Shown in pieces: positions 25,266 through 37,966 of a stretch of DNA of 64,000 nt (positions within the stretch are counted from its first letter, which is position 1; the number at the start of each line of letters is the position of its first letter). Source of the stretch: Amoeboaphelidium protococcarum X5 (Eukaryota; Fungi; Aphelidiomycota); contig JALDTO010000237.1 of assembly GCA_023515725.1 (NCBI GenBank), forward strand, positions 248,001 to 312,000. The letters are read 5' to 3'. The position numbers and the translations under genes are program-made. Under the pieces are notes generated by a model that was not told where the DNA came from, ran no database searches, and saw only the letters and a program-made list of their open reading frames with translations.

Positions 25266-25465
25266 ATTGAATATATATCGTTTAAATATAATTATAACGG
25301 GATTTAGATTGATTATTTTCAAGCGCTGTGGTTTATACTGAGAGAAAATGAAAATTTCGCGATAAAAGTGATCACTGCTGATTAAACTGAACATGTAAAT
25401 TTTTCGTAGCATTTTTTATTGAAATTAAATCATCAGATTTCACGATTCAGTAACGCGTTGACATT

Positions 25466-25726
25466 TCAGTAAGAAATAGAGACGTTGCCATGAGCGTCAA
25501 CAGTCGCCTTCTTCTGAACACCGCTGATGACACAGAAGGACGCAGCAGGGCTCAGATTACAGGATGAGCCTTCCTTGTACACGCAGACAGAGCCGCTGGT
25601 GGTCTCCTGCTTGAAAGTTGGCTCGCCAATGTGACCGATCGTTGGGCACTTCAACACGGGCAGATAAGCAGAGACTGAAACCAAAGCAACGGTAGCACAC
25701 AACAACAAAGACTTGATCAATTACAT
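25466..25726 (-). CDS. Small secreted Cys-rich protein (86 aa)
   Basis: Starts ATG-TAA(Gln): signal MQLIKSLLLCATVALVSVSA, four Cys in the mature part, TGA stop. TATAAAAGC lies 102 nt upstream (25820-25828). Confidence 0.8.
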
Positions 25727-26344
25727 TTTGTTAAGCGGAGATAGTAAGACAGTAAATGTTAGATTTTAATTTGATATTACAAACTTGAAGAAGGAATAGA
25801 TATGAACTATCCCAACTCTGCTTTTATAGAGTGGTTCCCGCTAATATATGGATATTGCTCTTGGCGCCAATCAGATTCATGAGTAGCATTCTAAGATACC
25901 TTGTATTCTATTTTTAGGAACTCAATCTACATTGTACTACACTCTTTAATTAATAATTACTTTATGCAGACCAATCTCCAGCAATAATTAATTAAGAGCC
26001 AAGACCACATTATTAAAGCTTGGTCAAACACGGAGAGCGGCAATCGAGGAATGCAGAGTGGTCTGTAAGGATAACCCAATAGAACCAAAGTTTGTATTCC
26101 AAATATTCATTCGATACAAATCAATGCACCATTCGAAACAGCTCTACATGCCTCAGTATGACTTATAGTTACTCTAAGCCATTATCAACCAGCGCACCGT
26201 GATCACTGACACGTAACATCAACCGCCGCCAAACAAACCTGACTCAGCAAACATTATAACGTGAGCCACCACATCAGCCTATTACATCTCAGCTTCCTCA
26301 CGCAAACGCAACTTTTAGATTGTATCCACCTGAAATAAGATCTA

Positions 26345-27463
26345 ATGACTCGTCAATGTATTGTAACAGTCGGGCCAAATCCTGCAAATCAACATATCCT
26401 ACCAGTGAACAATCCGGCTGGCACTACAGTCCAAAGTGGTGGATTCTCGGCCAATGTGGTGATGAACGTTGAGAATCGCAATGTCTCAACTCTGCCAAAG
26501 AATCCAGCTCAGCCACTAAAATACTTCCAATTAATATTGGACGCGTAATTCGCGTAATTACAAGGTATCAAGCAGCCAACCTTTGATGATGTGTTGTTTG
26601 GCATTGAGGTGAATAAGATCTTGGATCTGAATCAGCTGGGTATACCTAAATGGCTGATAATGGCTATTCAGTTGTGGATTAAACACCTAAATTCAGACGT
26701 TGAGCTTTACAATTTTGCACATGGTGGTCACATTGACAATCCGACCAATCTATGTCAAGGCTCTGCAGTGTACATGCCATTCGTACTTGCTGTTAATACG
26801 ATGGATATCAGACTACCAGCCGTACAAGATCCTTCTTTATTGCAGTAGCAGTACTGTCAACCTTTGCTTGGCTATCCACGGGAAATGGAGCAACGTTCCG
26901 CTGAATGGTAGCTCCTTTCTTCGATCCATGTCAGAGGCCCATCAATGGTGGAAATTACAAATCAGTTTGCGACGCAAGTGCCTGAAAACACGACATATCT
27001 TCTGGCTTCAAAGCAGGCTTATGATGGATATGCACCTCCGGTTCAACTGTCAGCAGAGACCATAGCAAACTTCAACTAATTCATGAGAAGACAGATGCTC
27101 CGCGATAAGTTCTCCTTCTCAAGACTTTTGACGGGGAAGCCTGGCACTACTAATCATTCATTTAGAAACACGCTGGTATTCAGTCCTCAGCTAAAGTTTA
27201 AGTTCAGCATGGACAGTGATTACTTTGATCCCAACACATTCCGCTTTAATCCAAATTTGGGCTCAAGCCGTGCCAACCTGAGCGAAGCTCCACCTCCAAC
27301 TTCAATCTCTCAGTTCTTTAATGGGCGATGGGCAATTGATGGTGGGCAAATACTCGCTGAACGTCTCCCAGATGGCACCGTACAGAGTCAAGTCCGCCTA
27401 GTAGCGCGTAATCGCCACACACTTGAATACTATTTCTGCATCACTCTTTCGCTGATACTTTGA
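26345..27463 (+). CDS. DUF1769-family protein
   Basis: IVTVGP...HILPVN, DDVLFG, YFDPNTF and VRLVARNRHTLEYYFCITLSL match remembered DUF1769 motifs. Joins three in-frame track ORFs. Confidence 0.7.
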
Positions 27464-27611
27464 TATAAAATAGCTACTTGGAACGTTGGTGATTGCATAA
27501 TTACTGATTGAAAATTGATATTCGCGACAATGAAATAAATAAAAAATGCAAACCGAATGTCTTTTGATAACTTTATTATAGTAATGATAATCATGAGTGA
27601 AGATCACACAA

Positions 27612-28217
27612 TCAGTCAGACTGCAGAACTGGGAAATCAAACACAACCTCCTTACCAGTGAGCTTTCTGTACACGGCGCTGAATGTGTCCACCTTGTACT
27701 CCAGAGAGTTCTTGTCTTTAGCATCGAGATAGCACTTGATCACTCTGCTTCCATCCACGCGCACACGAATACGCTTACCAACAATCTCAGTTGGATAAAC
27801 CAGATCCTCCAGAATGGCGTCATGCACGGCAGTCAAAGTGCGGGAACGTGGACGCTTCTGTTTACGGACGTGACTAGCCTTGCGCGATGGCACAGGGATA
27901 ATCTTACGGCTAGCGACAATCAGAACGTGCTGCGAGCTGAATTTCTTCTCCAACTCACGCACAAGACGAGACTGCACTTTGTGGAATGATTTCAGTAGAG
28001 GCACTGGCACAAAGATGACAACACCTTTCTTTCCATTGCCGACATCAACCTCTCTTGCAGAGTTGAAGTACAATACACGTAGATCAGCCTTCAAATCGGC
28101 CACATTGTTCTCCAAATCCACCAATGCCTGTGCAACGTGTAATTCCAAATCAGAAACCTCCTATTTCTAGGCGGAAGGCTTAACAATCTTTGCTCTAACT
28201 GCAGCGTTTGATGCCAT
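27612..28217 (-). CDS. RPS7: 40S ribosomal protein S7 (eS7)
   Basis: [45 protein letters not shown] 28217 is reached through two TAG codons. Confidence 0.97.
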
Positions 28218-29041
28218 TTTATAACGATTTATATATATTCTATCGCTAAATTGAAAATAAGTAGGCCCAGCAAAGAAAGGAAACTCGAGATTTCTCTCTT
28301 TAAGGTTGACTTGGGTTGTGATTTTCTCTTCCTTTCATCATTAGCGGGGCGGGACGAGGCGAAAAAGTGGCGAATTACTCTACGCGCACGCTTTCCCATT
28401 TTATCGCCCCTGATTGGTACGATCGCCTGGAAGTTCTGCTCAATGCTTCTTCGGGTGGTGCTGGTTTCAACTTTACAACTCCTCAGTTCCCTATATATTC
28501 TACTGTTCTTCACGTCTTTGTAAATCTAATCGTAGACCCCATTGCGTTGCTTAAAAAATCTCTAAATGAGCGTGTTTAATTTATTCACTTGGCTATTGTA
28601 GACATTTCCAAACTTTTGTCTTAAACATTCTTGGATAGTCCATATCATTACACTTGTAACTAATACAACATATTTATTGATTCTAAATATTGTCTTTTGA
28701 TATTATTTTATTAACAACTTAACCCTTGTCGAAGTTGAGAGTGTTCCAATAACAGAGCTGTCGCCGCCTCATTTTCCCCTCAGTATTGAAACGATCGCCC
28801 TTTCTTGCTTCAACAACAATTCATTCATTCAGACAGACAATTCATTCACTCGTTCGCTTGTCGTCTTTCTGCCTGATTTAGTTTCGTTTAGACACCAGGG
28901 AAGCCAGCGTCAACTTTAAGTATCTGCTTCTATCTTTTGAGACTTATACTTTATTTGAACAGTGGCATTCTATTAGACTATTATTTCTACTTTCCGTAAT
29001 TGAGATTTTAGATAATTGTTGTCGACAGAGAAAGATTCAAT

Positions 29042-30211
29042 ATGAAAGTTGTTGTTTGTGATAATGGAACTGGATTTGTCAAGTGTGGATTCTCTGGTAC
29101 CAACTTCCCTGAGGCTATTTTCCCGTCTGTAGTGGGCAGGCCTATTATAAGAGCTGAGGAGAGTGTTGGAGACATCCAGGTGAAGGACATTATGGTTGGT
29201 GATGAGGCTGCTGCGTTGAGATCAATCTTGTAAATGTCTTACCCCATGGAGAATGGTATTGTGCGCAACTGGGAGGATATGTTGCACGTCTGGGACCACA
29301 CCTTTTATGAGCGATTGAAGATTGACCCGAAAGAGTGCAAGATTCTGCTCACTGAACCACCATTGAATCCGCTGAAGAATAGAGAGAAGATGGTGGAGAC
29401 AATGTTTGAAAAGTATCAGTTTGACGGTGTTTACATTGCTATCCAGGCTGTGATGACTCTGTATGCACAAGGTTTGATGACTGGTGTGGTTGTAGACAGT
29501 GGAGATGGTGTCACCCATATTGTGCCTGTGTTTGACGGTTTTGCTCTTCCTCATCTGACCCGTCGCCTCGATGTTGCTGGTAGAGATGTGACCAGGTACT
29601 TGATCAAGTTGCTTCTCCTGCGTGGTTATGCTTTCAACAGAACTGCTGATTTTGAGACTGTGCGCCAGATCAAAGAGAAGTTGTGCTATGTTGGCTACGA
29701 TTTGGATTTGGAGAAGCGTCTGGCTAACGAGACCACGACTCTGGTGGAGTAGTACACCCTGCCTGATGGTCGTGTGATTAAAGTTGGCTCAGAGAGATTT
29801 GAGGCTCCTGAGGCAATGTTCCAGCCTCACTTGGTTGATGTTGAAAGTCCTGGTGTTGCTGAACTGTTGTTTAACACCATCTAGGCTGCGGATATTGATA
29901 TTCGTTCAGAGTTGTATAAGCATATTGTGCTCTCTGGCGGTTCCTCCATGTATCCCGGATTACCATCCCGTCTGGAGAAGGAGGTTAAGCAGCTGTATTT
30001 GTAGCGTGTGCTGAAGGGCGATGTCAGCCGCTTGGAAAAGTTCAAAATTAGAATCGAGGATCCTCCTAGAAGAAGACATATGGTGTTCTTGGGCGGTGCT
30101 GTGCTGGGTGAGATTATGAAAAACAGAACAGAGGGATTCTGGATGTCACGTAAAGATTATATGGAGCGTGGAGTCAAGGTTTTAGACATGATGGGAGCAT
30201 CCGGTGCTTGA
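29042..30211 (+). CDS. ARP2: Actin-related protein 2
   Basis: [70 protein letters not shown]. Four in-frame TAR codons, including NTI-Q(TAG)-AADID. Confidence 0.97.
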
Positions 30212-30435
30212 TTATGATTGTTTGTTACCATGTACTCGAGCAGTGAATAGTCCGACTCTAAGCTGTTAGTATAATTTTTATTGAGATTAATAATGATCAG
30301 ATTGTGTGGAATGGAAAGAAGATTTTATTGAATTAATTTTTCATAGTTTTAATAAAACACTATTATCATTCACCGTCCATAACAGATACTCAATAAACAT
30401 CCCATAGTGGCATTAAACATACAGTATTATCAATA

Positions 30436-31884
30436 TCAGAATCGGAACTGATAACTACCAGCCTTGGTGTAGTATCTGACCCACTTCACGCTCTTGTAGT
30501 TGCTCTTCTCAAATACTTTGAGGAACTACACTGTTAGACCAGAGCCAGTAAACATCATCACCTGGAAATCCATTGTAATAGGCGGACGAGTCCAGCCACC
30601 AGCCACCACACCACTCTGACCAGGTTTCTTACTTGGTGATGCTTATAACGAAGACGCAGCAGCCTGTTAAGCGGCCGTTGAGTACGTAGAAGCAGAGACT
30701 TCAACCTCAGCCGTAAGCGTGTACTCTTCCTCACCGCCAAACTTGCTAATCTTCCACTAAAGACAATTCTCACCAGACTAGTATTTGGCCTTACCAATCG
30801 GTACACTTATGGTCGCCTTGGCAGAATTAGGAGGAGTTGGAATTTTAATTACGACTCCAGTGGCAAACAAGGATGCGTTAAATAGAGATTTTACCGCGAT
30901 TTTGTACTCAACCTTTGATTTTTACTCATTAACAATGGCTTGGACTTTGAACGGAAGATTGATATTGTCAGTGGTGCGATATCTCATCAATTCAAACTCA
31001 CCATCCTATGGCACAAATGATATGGTTCGATCTTGATCAAATCTACCCAACTTTACACACTGATGAAATTGAATATCGTCCAGAGCGACTCCCTGCGTCT
31101 GATTACGAATAGATCCTTGAGCATTAGTTGGAGCCTTCCTACTCACATGTTCAGGACCACCCTGCTTCTACAAGACAACCTTATCATTAAGACCAAGTTT
31201 ACACTCTGGCATACCGGACAGATAAGCGCGCATCATCACCTAACCGACAACGTCCGATTTAAGAATAGTATTCTTGGCACTCATCAACACATTGACACTC
31301 TCAACAACATCAAGGTACACCTCATTATTTCTGTACTTGATATCCTAACGTCTCCATGAAGTGGCTCCCGTAGTCTGGATGGTGATCTTGCTCGACTCCT
31401 CCTTCAATGTCTTTTCACTCTTAACACCTTCCGTGGTGATGTACAGCTTCAGAGAGTCCACATCTGATATCTGAGGATAACCAAAGTCCATAATCTCATC
31501 CAGCAGTTCATATATTAGTACAAAATTATTCTTCACAGCATCTTCATCAAACTTGTTACCAAAATAATCCTTGCATATCTTGACAAACTTGTGCAGGAAT
31601 GTGAACAATGAGGCAACATTCAGTGTCAGCATTGTATCCTTGGCACAGGCGACAATGTACAAGTTCTCATTCCTGATATGGAAGAAGTTGACTTGAGTCT
31701 AGAGAGGTGTACCGTTCGGCTAGTAGCTGGTGTAAGGGAATGAATTGATAGGACTAGTTATCTGAGGATTGGATATCACTTGGATTCTAAACAGGTCAGC
31801 CAGGCTTCTCTTGAAATCATTTCTATACATTCGACTAATTATAATTTCTCCCTTATGGTTATAGACAAATACTGCTCCAATCAT
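30436..31884 (-). CDS. AP2M1: AP-2 complex subunit mu
   Basis: MIGAVFVYNHKGEIIISRMYRND, FRIQVIS, NNFVLIYELLDEIMDFGYPQ, ITIQTTGATSWRR, YLSGMPECKLGLNDK, KWVRYYTKAGSYQFRF-TGA. Confidence 0.95.
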
Positions 31885-33233
31885 CTTATAAACTTAAGTT
31901 TGAATGTTGAAAATTGATAAAGATTATTTAAATAACTAGAATATGAAACCTAGAGAGTGGTTAATTGTTGAAACTAGATGGTCGAACTGAGAAGAAAGTA
32001 AGAAGGATCAAAAGGAGAAGAGCATAAGCGGCTCTCAAACAGCTCTCCAAAGTAAATAAACAATGGTATTGTTAGTTAGAGCAGTGTCTTTATCAAGCTT
32101 ACAGGAAAAAGTGCGCGCCTTTCATTCACTGATAGCGAATACCGCCCAACTGAACTTAAGCATAGCCACCAATCAATAGGCTCAATGTAAGAGGATCCGA
32201 CAAGTATCAATGTGGAACATCCTGTTTTGGCCCGTGTTACACTACTGTGTTCACACGAAAATAACCAACTAATTCAGATGAACCAATCACAATACAATGG
32301 CCAACAGCACATCGATCACATTTAAAAGACCATCAGGTGCCTATCAGCCAATCGTCATACTCCGTTAAAATGAGAGGGTGATCGTCTGATCAGGAGTCGC
32401 TGCTCTATTCGTGGCGCCATCTCGCGTGACAATGTCGATCCTTTTCCCGACGAAAAATTAATCTACTGGCGATCATCCGTTATTTTGTTCATGAGTCATT
32501 GCTTACCTATTTAGCGATGCCACCAGTTAATCAATCAATCAATAGCATTATTGAATGTACTGGGTAGCTTCTCTACACGGTTACTATCGGCGAGCTTCCA
32601 GATTTCGGTCTACTGAGTGACCGTTGCCATGGTTTATTCCGTGTTGGGGGTCTAAATTTAAACGTGGCGTTTCTGTCGATCTTCTTTGCGCAGATTTCGC
32701 AGCTTGGTCTAATCCTTTTATTGTACACATCTGATAGCCTCCGAAATATTTATATATATATATCTGAGCTTTCTGATACATTACTGGTTTGATGAGCTGT
32801 TGGCTCACATCTGTTGTGCAGTATCATAGGATTGAATCTTTAGTGATGATATCGATTGTAATGTGTGCTTTGAGTACGACTATAACATGCCAAGTGATTA
32901 CTGCTTGTATCTGCATGTTAAAGTAGTGCTTCACTGCACACATTTCATTCACATATCATGTTTTTTATATGTTTGCTTTTCTAATCTTCTCTTTCATCTT
33001 TGGTTTGATTAAGTCAGCCGGAATCTTTTGTCGTCGATAAAGTTATAACCTGTGAGGATGACGATTACTATCGCTCTGGCGGTAGGAGAAAGTAATTATA
33101 CAGAACCAATTAAACAGAGAGAAAAAAATCAACAATGAGCTGTGATGGAAGTTACAAAATTACTACTAGATACAATGGATCTGATTATCTAAATCAATCA
33201 ATAAATCAATCGGTCGATTGATCAGTGGAGACT

Positions 33234-34055
33234 TCATTAGAGAGCAACGGAGGCAAACTTTGATCGCCGTATCTGCCAGAGAATGATAATGTCCATAAAG
33301 AAGCACACAACACACCCAAGTACGAACGGTAAAGAATCCAGCACTACACTCTTCAAATTAGGATCATCGCGTAGACTAAGCCACGAGGATGCAACGCCAA
33401 GGACGTATGTTATGTACGCTGTCACAGTCGTCATGAACAAAAGTGGAGCCAAGCCGATTATCACCTTGCCATTTCTAATTGACCTCTCATTTTTTATTAG
33501 CTGTGGCAATCTACTACCGATGTATAACACTTGTGCACCGTAAGTTAACACGGTCTTGATAATCTACAACCAGAGCTACTCTTTGCTAGAATCATCGTCA
33601 GAGTCATCGGAGTTAGAGGAGGAGGCTGCCACCAATTTGACAAACAGACACGCAACTACTATCACGTTACTTAACAATGGTGAATAGGATTTGACGCCGA
33701 GTGTTGAGGTTGACCTGCGATCAGACGTGTTTTTATCATATGAAGATTCTTCATCTTGATCTTTAGGCAATTGAATCGACTATGAGCGTCTATAATACAT
33801 ATATTACAGTAGAGTCAGCGTGTCCATGACAGCGCAATAAGTAGGAGTAATCCGTATGAATAGAGGCACATCAGACAGAAAAGAGCCAATGGTTGACATG
33901 TAATCTCCAACAGTGAAAAGGAGCAGAAAATTGATAGACAAATCTTGAACTGACTTCATCTTGTAGTTTCGATACATCTAAGGTAAGAGGATAATGGCCC
34001 AGCATACCACAGATAAATAGCCAAATAACTGACTCAAAATATCCCACTCGTTCAT
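33234..34055 (-). CDS. PQ-loop repeat transporter (Ypq/PQLC2-like)
   Basis: WAIILLP-Q(TAG 33978-33980)-MYRNYK and YIGSRLPQLIKN give two PQ motifs; multiple TM helices. Ends TAA-TGA. Confidence 0.88.
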
Positions 34056-34460
34056 GACCGCGTTAATTATTGTTTTATGCGCTGAGGCGAGATAAAAAAT
34101 GATGTCAGCGCCTTTTTGGATTGATGATAGCCCCCTTGACTGAGTTGCTCAACATCTAACCACATGTTCGCTCCATCCTTTCTTCAGCTTCAGTCCTATT
34201 TTATCAGTGAAGATATATACAGCGGTACTATTAATATATATCAGGTCACATTTCTATACAATATTGATACATTCGCATGTTGTCATCGTATTCAGCATCG
34301 AATCGAAACAACCAACACGGATCAATTGATTAACGCGATTCAACCTAAACGCGCGCAATTCTCAATACGCGAAAATTTTCACTTCTTCCCATTCCTTCCG
34401 TGTAATATATCTCAATCATAACCATATCCTTACTATATTTAGAAAGTAGGTTGAAAGAAA

Positions 34461-34826
34461 ATGGTCAGCGCTCAAGTTAGAAAGTCTACCAAGTTCTCTA
34501 TTGATGCTTCCCAGCCAGTCAATGATCAGATCTTTGACATTGATGCGTATGAGAAGTATTTGCGCGACCGCGTCAAGGTCAATGGTGTCACCAACAATCT
34601 GTCCGAGGGTAATGTTGTCATCTCTCGCAGTGGCAGCAAGGTTGAGCTGCAGTCCAGCGATGTTGCCTACTCCAAGAGATACTTGAAGTACCTGACCAAG
34701 AAGTTTTTGAAGAAGCACCAGTTGCGCGATTGGTTGCGCGTCGTCTCTGCTGACAAGGACTCTTATGTGATCAAGTACTTCAATGTCGACTCCAAGGACG
34801 ATGAGGATGGCAGCGATGCTGAATGA
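34461..34826 (+). CDS. RPL22: 60S ribosomal protein L22 (eL22)
   Basis: YSKRYLKYLTKKFLKKHQLRDWLRVVS. TGA stop, no TAR codons. Confidence 0.97.
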   Translation: MVSAQVRKSTKFSIDASQPVNDQIFDIDAYEKYLRDRVKVNGVTNNLSEGNVVISRSGSKVELQSSDVAYSKRYLKYLTKKFLKKHQLRDWLRVVSADKDSYVIKYFNVDSKDDEDGSDAE

Positions 34827-35074
34827 TCATTGGGCTTTGACGTGGCATCTCTCATAGCTGTGAGCGCGTTAATAGAGTCTTTTTATTCAAATTTATGTTT
34901 TTTTTTATTTTTCTTTCAGCTTGGATAGATGGCGTTCGCCATCAGTTTCCCCCTTTGCTTCGTCTCCTCGCGTCTCTCTCTCTTCCTTTGGCTGTTCACT
35001 CTGTTACAAAGTAGATTTGACAAAAACTTATCCTTTTCAAGTTAATTTAGATAATAAACTAAGTGGTTATAAAA

Positions 35075-37654
35075 ATGTGCCAATAATTCAATTCAAGTAA
35101 TCCTTTTGAAGATGGCCCTGGAGTGATTAATAAATATGCACCGGACCACAAGTTGAAGAGTCAAGTTATTAGCATAGGTGTCCACTTTGATATTCAGGGT
35201 AAATCGTTGAAGTGCACCGTAACTCATCACTTCACTCTATCGTCTCCGCTGAGCAGAGGTGTGAAGTCTATTGATCTTAATGGTGTCTCGTTCTCTGAAC
35301 TCACAGTGGATGGAGCCGACTTTGACTATGATGGCCAGTTGATAAAGTTGCGCTGGAACCAGCCATTTGAAGGCGATGAGGTCCGTAAAGTTACGCTTAA
35401 GTATCAAGTAAGAAGTCCAGTTTCTGGTATGTTCTTCTCTAATAAACTAGATGGCGAGGACCGACCTGTATTTGCTATTACAGATCATGAGACTGAATGT
35501 GCTCGTTATTGGCTAGCTTGTGTTGATTATCCTTCGGCGAGATCCAAGTTGAATTTTGCTCTTACTGCACCTGCTGAGCTGATATCTATGGCTAATGGTA
35601 AGTTTGTGAAGGAGGATATGTCATCGGATGGTCTGAAGAAGACTACTTACTGGACACTTGAGCACCTGTGCCCGTCGTATTTGGTATGTATAGCTGTGGG
35701 CGATTTTGAAGAGGTTGATGGTGGTCAAGTTGATGGTATGCCTGTAAAGTACTTTGCACCTAAAGGGCTGTACACGCCGCAGGATATCGCTAGATCGTTT
35801 GACAAGACTCCGTCAATGGTCAAGTGGCTATCTAATAAACTGGCATATAAGTTTCCGTGGCCAAAGTATTATTAAGTTGCAGCACATTCCATTGGTGGAG
35901 CGATGGAGAATATATCTCTAGTCACCTGGAGTGATCGTTTTATGATGGATGAACTGATGGCCAAGGAGAGAAAGCACGCAATGGATACTGTGAATATTCA
36001 TGAAATGGCGCACACTTATTTTGGTGATTTGCTTGTCATTCGCCACTTTGAGCATGTCTGGTTGAAGGAGAGCTGGGCCACCTACATGGAGAGTGTGTGG
36101 ATTCAAGATCATTTGACTGAAGATGATTTCCGCTACGAGATGTGGATCAATCTCCAGGATTATATTGCAGAGACTGAGTCTTATAAACGTCCGATGGTTA
36201 ACAGGAAGTTTGAGAGCAGTTGGTCAATGTTTGATCATCACACTTATCCTGGTGGTGCGTGTCGTATTCATATGCTGCGAAAGTTGGTGGGAGAGCAGGC
36301 GTTTTGGACTGGAGTTAGAAATTATGTTGCTGAATTCGCAGGCAAAGTTGTTGAGACTGAGGATTTTAGGAAGCATTTGGAAGCTACCAGTGGCCTGAAT
36401 TTGACTCAATTCTTTGTTTAGTGGTTCTACTCTAAAGGATTCCCATCGGTGAAGGCAAGTTATGAGTATGAAGCTGATTCTGGCTCTGTGAAATTGACGT
36501 TGGAGTAAACTCAAGTTGATGATAAGGCTGGAATTCCATTATTTTGCATTGATGTTCCAGTTAAAGTGGTTTGCGAGGATGGCTCTTTCTACAATGCCGT
36601 TGCCAAGTTTACTGATGATAGCAAAGGTCATGTTACTGTCAAGTTACAGTCTAGCGCTAAACCATCATATGTGTCAATAGATCCATAAAATGATTTGATC
36701 ATGACTTAGGACTTTAATCCTGGTCAGACTCTGTTATTGAACGCTATTGAAAAGTCTCCAGATGTGTCTGTTAGAATTCGTGCTTACCATCAACTGATCA
36801 AGAATCTGAATCCGTCGTCTTGTGACTCTTTGTTAAGGTGTATCTTATAAGAAAAGTTTTATGGTGTCAGAGTATAAGCTGCCAAGTTCTTGGCTGATAA
36901 TGGTACATCTTTGGCTATTAGTACTCTGGTGTAGATGTTGTAGAGTGAGTAACATCCTATGGCATTGTGGCAGATTGTCAAAGCTTGCTAGATTAAACAT
37001 CCTTAGATCAGACTTGCTTTATTGCATGTGCTTCGTCGTTAAAGTATTGGATATCGCGCCCAGGAATTTGCGTATGAGAATTTGGGTTACTAGTGTAACA
37101 AGGAGGATCTGCAGTAGTTACTGAGTGTTGCATAGAATGATGCCCTTAAAGGACAGCATAATTTTGTTCGCGGAGGTGTTCTGCGTGGTCTGGGTCATCA
37201 TCGTTCTAGCGAAGCATTTGACTTCCTATACAAAACCGTATGTGAGCCGAATGAATCGCGTAAGTAACCGTTTAGATACGCTAGACCGAATGCCATCGTC
37301 GCCCTCGCTTAAGCCACGTTTTGGCAGGATAGTGAAGTCAAGCGTAGAGATGTCATCTAGATTCTAGAAAGTGCTGTAGTTCAAGATCCAGTTGATGATT
37401 GTAAAGAAGCTGCTATATCTGGTCTCTCTATTCTGAAGTCTTCATCCAGTGCAGATATCGTGAGAAAGTACAAACTATTGAGTGCCCATCAGGAATGGCC
37501 AGCGATTGAACGTAAAGCCAAGAGATTGGAAGCTTCGAGTGGTAGCAGTGCAGACAAAAAGTTGAGTGAGAAGATCGAGAAACTGGAGGCGGCCCTGTAA
37601 AAGCTATCCGACGAAGTTAAATAGTGCAAGCCCTCTGAACCAAAGACTTAGTGA
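35075..37654 (+). CDS. M1 family aminopeptidase (PepN-like) with C-terminal HEAT-like repeats and coiled coil
   Basis: GGAMEN, HEMAH-x18-E (WLKESWATY), FDHHTYPGG, FPWPKYY-Q(TAA)-V. Single frame, TGA 37652-37654. Confidence 0.92.
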
Positions 37655-37966
37655 ATACTGATCGCCATCTGGGTTCTTATAAACAGATAAGTCTGAGATT
37701 TTTTTGCCCACTCTTAGTAATCACTCTATAGAAAGGGGAGATCACGGCGTTAAATTGTTTCACTTCTCGTCGTGTTGTTTCAACGATCGTTTCAACTTGT
37801 CATTTTTCATTCTTCATTCTCTTTGATCTGTTGCAATAGAGCACACTGTTAGAGTATACAATTTACTTAAACTTTGTGTGTGGTGGTAGCATTTATATTA
37901 TTGTAGAGTCTTAACTATATATTTATTTGTGTGGGAATCAAGAATAGTAAAAGAGTAAGAAATCTG

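Noticed and set aside
26124-26344. Possible upstream exon of the DUF1769 gene (ATG 26124, donor GTGAGC at 26261)
   Set aside because: No in-frame acceptor of normal intron length or with TGTAG; homology already begins at ATG 26345.
27597-28170. Plus-strand ORFs overlapping RPS7 (and similar antisense ORFs over RPL22, ARP2, AP2M1 and UTP18)
   Set aside because: Antisense shadows of conserved genes with no recognisable motifs.
31900-33200. Gene or ncRNA in the gap between AP2M1 and the PQ-loop gene
   Set aside because: No long frame even with TAR=Gln, and no RNA family motif that I could recognise.
34099-34145. C/D-box snoRNA-like TGATGA...CTGA
   Set aside because: The boxes are too close together, there is no terminal stem or recognisable guide, and the site lies in a promoter region.
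19618-37654. TAR immediately before TGA in three genes (19618, 33237, 37649) as relic double stops
   Set aside because: Three of about 35 genes is compatible with ordinary Gln frequency in this Gln-rich proteome.
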